From the IMG/VR virus record IMGVR_UViG_3300008255_000064, positions 1-38,189 of that record: DNA of 38,189 nucleotides. One strand, written 5' to 3'. The translations under genes were made by a program, and so were the position numbers. How positions within the stretch are numbered: position 1 is the first letter of the stretch; each line of letters opens with the position of its first letter. Under the pieces are notes generated by a model. It made no database searches. It was not told the origin of the DNA and worked only from the letters and a program-made list of their open reading frames with translations. The DNA is from a virus. Lineage: Duplodnaviria; Caudoviricetes. Below, one piece after another: positions 35,167-38,189 of this stretch.

Positions 35167-35489
35167 AGGAGCGCCCCTTGCGCCGCGATCGCCGTCTGGC
35201 GGGTGCCTGGCAGGGAAAGCTGCTGCCCTTCGCGCGGGTGGCGCTTGTCGAGACGGTGGCACTCGCGGCAGCCGCATAGCTCGGCCTCGAGCTCGGCAAG
35301 CTGTGCGCGACCGCGCGCCAGCTCCTCGCCCTGGTGGATGATCTCGAGCTGGTGGCGCCGGCGGGCGGCGTCGGTGGCAAGCTCGCGCGTGGCGAAGCCC
35401 TCGCCCTCGGGATTGGCGAAGCGGCCGCTGCGCTGCCAGTGCCAGCGGCCGGCGTCGTCGGTGAAGGTGAAGAACGCAAAGGGGTTCAT
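35163..35489 (-). CDS. Hypothetical protein, DUF1508/YegP-like N-terminus
   Basis: F.DDAGRWHW...GEGFATRE.A; AGGAG SD. Confidence 0.55.
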   Translation of the reverse strand: MNPFAFFTFTDDAGRWHWQRSGRFANPEGEGFATRELATDAARRRHQLEIIHQGEELARGRAQLAELEAELCGCRECHRLDKRHPREGQQLSLPGTRQTAIAAQGALL

Positions 35490-35511
35490 GGTTGGTTGCT
35501 CCTGTTTGGTG

Positions 35512-35655
35512 TCAGCGCGGCCGGCGGCCGTTGCGCCGGCGTTCATGGGCCTGCGTTGCCAGGCGGCGCGCCCTGGCGAGGCGCTGGTGCTCCTCGCGAT
35601 CGGCGCAATGCTGGCAATGGTTGCCCTCGAAATAGGCGGCCTCGGCATACATCAT
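35512..35655 (-). CDS. Small hypothetical protein (47 aa, CxxC)
   Basis: MMYAEAAYFEGNHCQHC...; ATGA overlap and GAGG SD. Confidence 0.45.
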   Translation of the reverse strand: MMYAEAAYFEGNHCQHCADREEHQRLARARRLATQAHERRRNGRRPR

Positions 35656-36347
35656 CGGGCGGCCTCCTCGAGCTCGCGATCGGCCGGCGCGTAGTCCATG
35701 CCGCAAGCGATCGCGTGCGCCCTGGCGCCGGCGGCCATCGCAGCAACGGCGGTTTCGTCTAGGCCGTCGTCGCCGTTGACTTCCACCAGGTCGCCGCGCG
35801 CGTCGAAGTCGAACCAAATCACCAGGCCGCGCCAGGGGCTCGCGTCGGCCTGCTCGCCCATTGCCGGCCATGTGCGGCCGAACGCTGCGAGCTCCTCCTC
35901 GGACAAGCCGACGGTGCAGCCGCCGTTGTAGGTCGCGGCCATCGCGTAGCGGGGGCCGGCGGCCGGCGCCTCGAGCTCGGCCGGGAAAGCGGCCTTGCAG
36001 CGTGCGAGCGCCTCGTCGGGGTCCGTCGTGCGCCAGAACCCGCCGCTGCTCTTGACGATCGAATGATCGCGCTCGAGCCAGGCATAGATTTCCGGCTTGC
36101 TGTCGCCTTGAAGCATCCAGCGAAAGGAAAGGCCGTTGCCTAGTCCTATGTCGCCGCTCGAGGCGAGCGGGCGGCGATCGGCGAAGAAATCGCCCTCGGC
36201 GCCGCAATCGTTGCACGTCTCGCTGTCATGGGTGCTCGAGAGCTCCCAGGCTTGGCTTTCGGCGCACCAGGCGGCGGCCGCGTCTTTGTGGACGTTCTCG
36301 CTGCCGCACTTGGGGCAGACGATCCGAATGGGTGTTTGCTTGGTCAT
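35652..36347 (-). CDS. Zn-ribbon-containing hypothetical protein
   Basis: CPKCGSENV...W...W...CNDC; GGAG SD. Confidence 0.72.
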   Translation of the reverse strand: MTKQTPIRIVCPKCGSENVHKDAAAAWCAESQAWELSSTHDSETCNDCGAEGDFFADRRPLASSGDIGLGNGLSFRWMLQGDSKPEIYAWLERDHSIVKSSGGFWRTTDPDEALARCKAAFPAELEAPAAGPRYAMAATYNGGCTVGLSEEELAAFGRTWPAMGEQADASPWRGLVIWFDFDARGDLVEVNGDDGLDETAVAAMAAGARAHAIACGMDYAPADRELEEAAR

Positions 36348-36434
36348 GGTAGGTTCTCCGTGGTTGCTCGTTGTTGGCCTGGGGCCATCCTCGGGGCGCG
36401 TGGCGGGTGCCGCGCGCCCTCCGGGGGCGCCAGG

Positions 36435-36917
36435 TCAGGCGGCGGCGCGTTCGTCCTCCTCGGCCTCCTCGCCCGCGCCCTGGTCTAGGCCAGCATTGGC
36501 AAGCACCTGGTCGGCGGCGGTCTGCGCCAGCGCGGCCGCCTTGAAGATCGCCCGCTTGTCCTCGCGCAGGCACTTGAGCCAGCTCGCCAGATAGGCCGCG
36601 TGGCTGTCGATGTGCTCGCCGGCGACGCCAAGCCGGGCGCAAACGAAGGCGCTGCCCATTTCGGCGACCAGCTCCTCGAAGGCGTAGGACTTGGAGCCGA
36701 ACCCGCCGCCCTGGTCGCGATCGAGCCGCGCCTTGTGCCCGGTCCAGTGGGTGAGCTCGTGCGCCAGGGTGGCGAGATAGGCGCCGGTCCCCTTGAACGC
36801 GGCGAAGGGTGGCATCTGCACATAGTCGGCCGAGGGGCTGAAATAGGCGCGGGCGCCGCCTTCGCGAATGTCGGCGCCGCAGCTCCGCAGCGCGGTTTCG
36901 GATCGGTCGATTTGCAT
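36435..36917 (-). CDS. Stand-alone ArdC-type zincin metallopeptidase (MPTase) domain
   Basis: AYFSPSADYVQMP, TLAHELTHWTGH..RLDR, YAFEELVAE, HAAYLASWL; lacks the ArdC N-terminal ssDNA-binding domain. Confidence 0.88.
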   Translation of the reverse strand: MQIDRSETALRSCGADIREGGARAYFSPSADYVQMPPFAAFKGTGAYLATLAHELTHWTGHKARLDRDQGGGFGSKSYAFEELVAEMGSAFVCARLGVAGEHIDSHAAYLASWLKCLREDKRAIFKAAALAQTAADQVLANAGLDQGAGEEAEEDERAAA

Positions 36918-36969
36918 TGTCGGGTTGCTCCGTTGTGGTTGCTCTAGGTGGGCGGTGTTCCGCCTCGCC

Positions 36970-37006
36970 TCATTAAATGGGGGACAATTGGGGAAGCTGT
37001 CAATCC
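36970..37006 (-). promoter_or_regulatory. Leftward sigma70-type early promoter
   Basis: Minus-strand TTGACA (37003-36998), 17-18 nt, then CATTTAAT; upstream of the MPTase gene. Confidence 0.6.
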
Positions 37007-37263
37007 CCTAAATGCAATTTATTTTCGGGACGCTTCGCCCTGGTGCAACGTCGCCGGCGCCCGGCGGCCGCAGGCCGACGGAATAGCGCGCGGGCTCCTC
37101 ATTCCTCCTCGAGCGCAGCGAAAATCCCGCGCCCTGGGCGGCGATCGCGCCAGCTCGACGGCACGGCGGCCGCCGCTTCCCATGCCCGCACCCGCGCCCT
37201 TGCCTTCGGATAAGAATTAGGGCACAGGTTGCAGGCCGATCGGGGGCTGGGGGACGGCGCAAA

Positions 37264-37524
37264 TGTTCCCAAGTGTTCCCAAGTGTTCCCAAGCCGGGAA
37301 CAGCGCAAGGCGCTGAAATCTCACAAGAAATCGCAAGTGTTCCCATGTTCCCAAGGTCCATCGCGCGCGCGCTATACGCGCGTGTGCGCACGTATAGTTA
37401 GTTTTCATATCGTGGGAACATGGGAACATTAAGGGTTTCGCGCGTATAGGGCGTTGAAATTGCGCGGCTTTCCGATGTTCCCAAGAATGTTCCCAAGTGT
37501 TCCCGAGCGCCGATCTTGGGAACA
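37264..37524. repeat. TGTTCCC iteron cluster, probable replication origin
   Basis: 8 direct copies (37264, 37274, 37284, 37338, 37346, 37476, 37488, 37498) and 4 inverted copies (37296, 37414, 37422, 37518) around an AT-rich patch. Confidence 0.8.
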
Positions 37525-37607
37525 TTTCGCCGCTCGCCTCGCCTAGCTGCCTGCCCTCGTGCTATGGCTGCGCCTCGATCGAATTAAATACGGGGGGAAA
37601 AGGCGAC

Positions 37608-38153
37608 ATGGCCGATCATCCGGGGCCAATCGAGGAGGAGCTCACCGCCGCGCGCGACCTGGTGCTGCTCGAGGAGCCCGAGCAGCTCGAGCTGATCCGC
37701 GACAAGGTGCCCGGCCGGGACGCCGGCGCGGCCGTCCAGGCGGCGCGGCGCAAGGGCCGAGGGCGGCCGCCTGGCGCGCTCAACAAGCGCAACGCCAAGT
37801 TCCGCGATCAAATCCTCGCCCTGGGGCCGCATCCGGCGCTGGCGTTGCAGCGGGCCTATTCGACGCCGGTCGAGACGCTGGCGGCGCAGCTCGAGTGCTC
37901 CAAGCTCGAGGCCGCGCAGCTCGCGATCCGTGCCGCGTCGGAGCTCCTGCCCTACGTCGAGGGCAAGCAGCCGGTGACGATCGACCTTCGCGAGCAGCAC
38001 GACGTGGTGCTGATCATGGGCGGCGCGCCGGGCGTGCGCGGCGAGGAGCTGCAAGCGATCGCCGACCAAGTGAACGACGCCGACGAGCACGGCGGCCTCG
38101 ATTGGGAGAGCGCCGAGTTCGAGGAGCTGCCCTATCCTATCCCGAATGAGTAA
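37608..38153 (+). CDS. Probable terminase small subunit
   Basis: GRGRPPGALNKR DNA-binding motif, AASELLPYVEGKQP; upstream of terL on the circle. Confidence 0.7.
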   Translation: MADHPGPIEEELTAARDLVLLEEPEQLELIRDKVPGRDAGAAVQAARRKGRGRPPGALNKRNAKFRDQILALGPHPALALQRAYSTPVETLAAQLECSKLEAAQLAIRAASELLPYVEGKQPVTIDLREQHDVVLIMGGAPGVRGEELQAIADQVNDADEHGGLDWESAEFEELPYPIPNE

Positions 38154-38189
38154 ACCCTAGAGGGAAGTCCCTGCAGCATGGCCGCCGGC
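38067..38189. repeat. Terminal direct repeat (copy 2)
   Basis: Identical to 1..123. Confidence 0.95.

Noticed and set aside
32870-37200. Early operon as an invertible segment bounded by inverted repeats (~32871-32895 versus ~37170-37195)
   Set aside because: Similarity is short, gapped and GC-rich, so compatible with chance
37264-37524. CRISPR array
   Set aside because: Units are 7-10 bp, in both orientations, without unique spacers; no cas genes
1-38189. High frequency of CTCGAG, GAGCTC and CGATCG as a signal
   Set aside because: Plausibly explained by codon preference (CTC, GAG, ATC, GCG); not testable without a codon-aware count

Overview
The window is a complete, circularly assembled, high-GC tailed-phage genome. 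The first 123 bp repeat the last 123 bp, giving about 38,066 unique bp. The virion module is podovirus-type (T7/BPP-1-like). The + strand carries TerS, TerL, portal, scaffold, major capsid, tail tubular A/B, four ejected internal virion proteins (one is a 1180-aa protein with lysozyme-like and ParB-like domains), a tail fibre/spike and a lysis cassette. After these come a leftward block of small genes, a Cro-like HTH gene, a Toprim primase and a P-loop helicase. A decayed accessory patch follows, with a 512-bp non-autonomous IS-type cassette and a DHHA1 remnant. A leftward early operon encodes a stand-alone ArdC/MPTase domain, Zn-finger proteins, a DUF6884-like protein and a small serine resolvase. 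A TGTTCCC iteron cluster is the probable origin. I found no integrase, CI repressor, DNA/RNA polymerase, tRNA or CRISPR array. An alphaproteobacterial host (possibly Sphingomonadales) is inferred from composition and gene style only. The most notable signals are: (1) a dispersed 34-bp motif with a fixed-position GANTC, always co-oriented with transcription; (2) a G9 tract that fuses a membrane protein to the endolysin; (3) the MITE-like cassette with perfect IRs and an 8-bp TSD. All family assignments come from motif recognition, not database searches.
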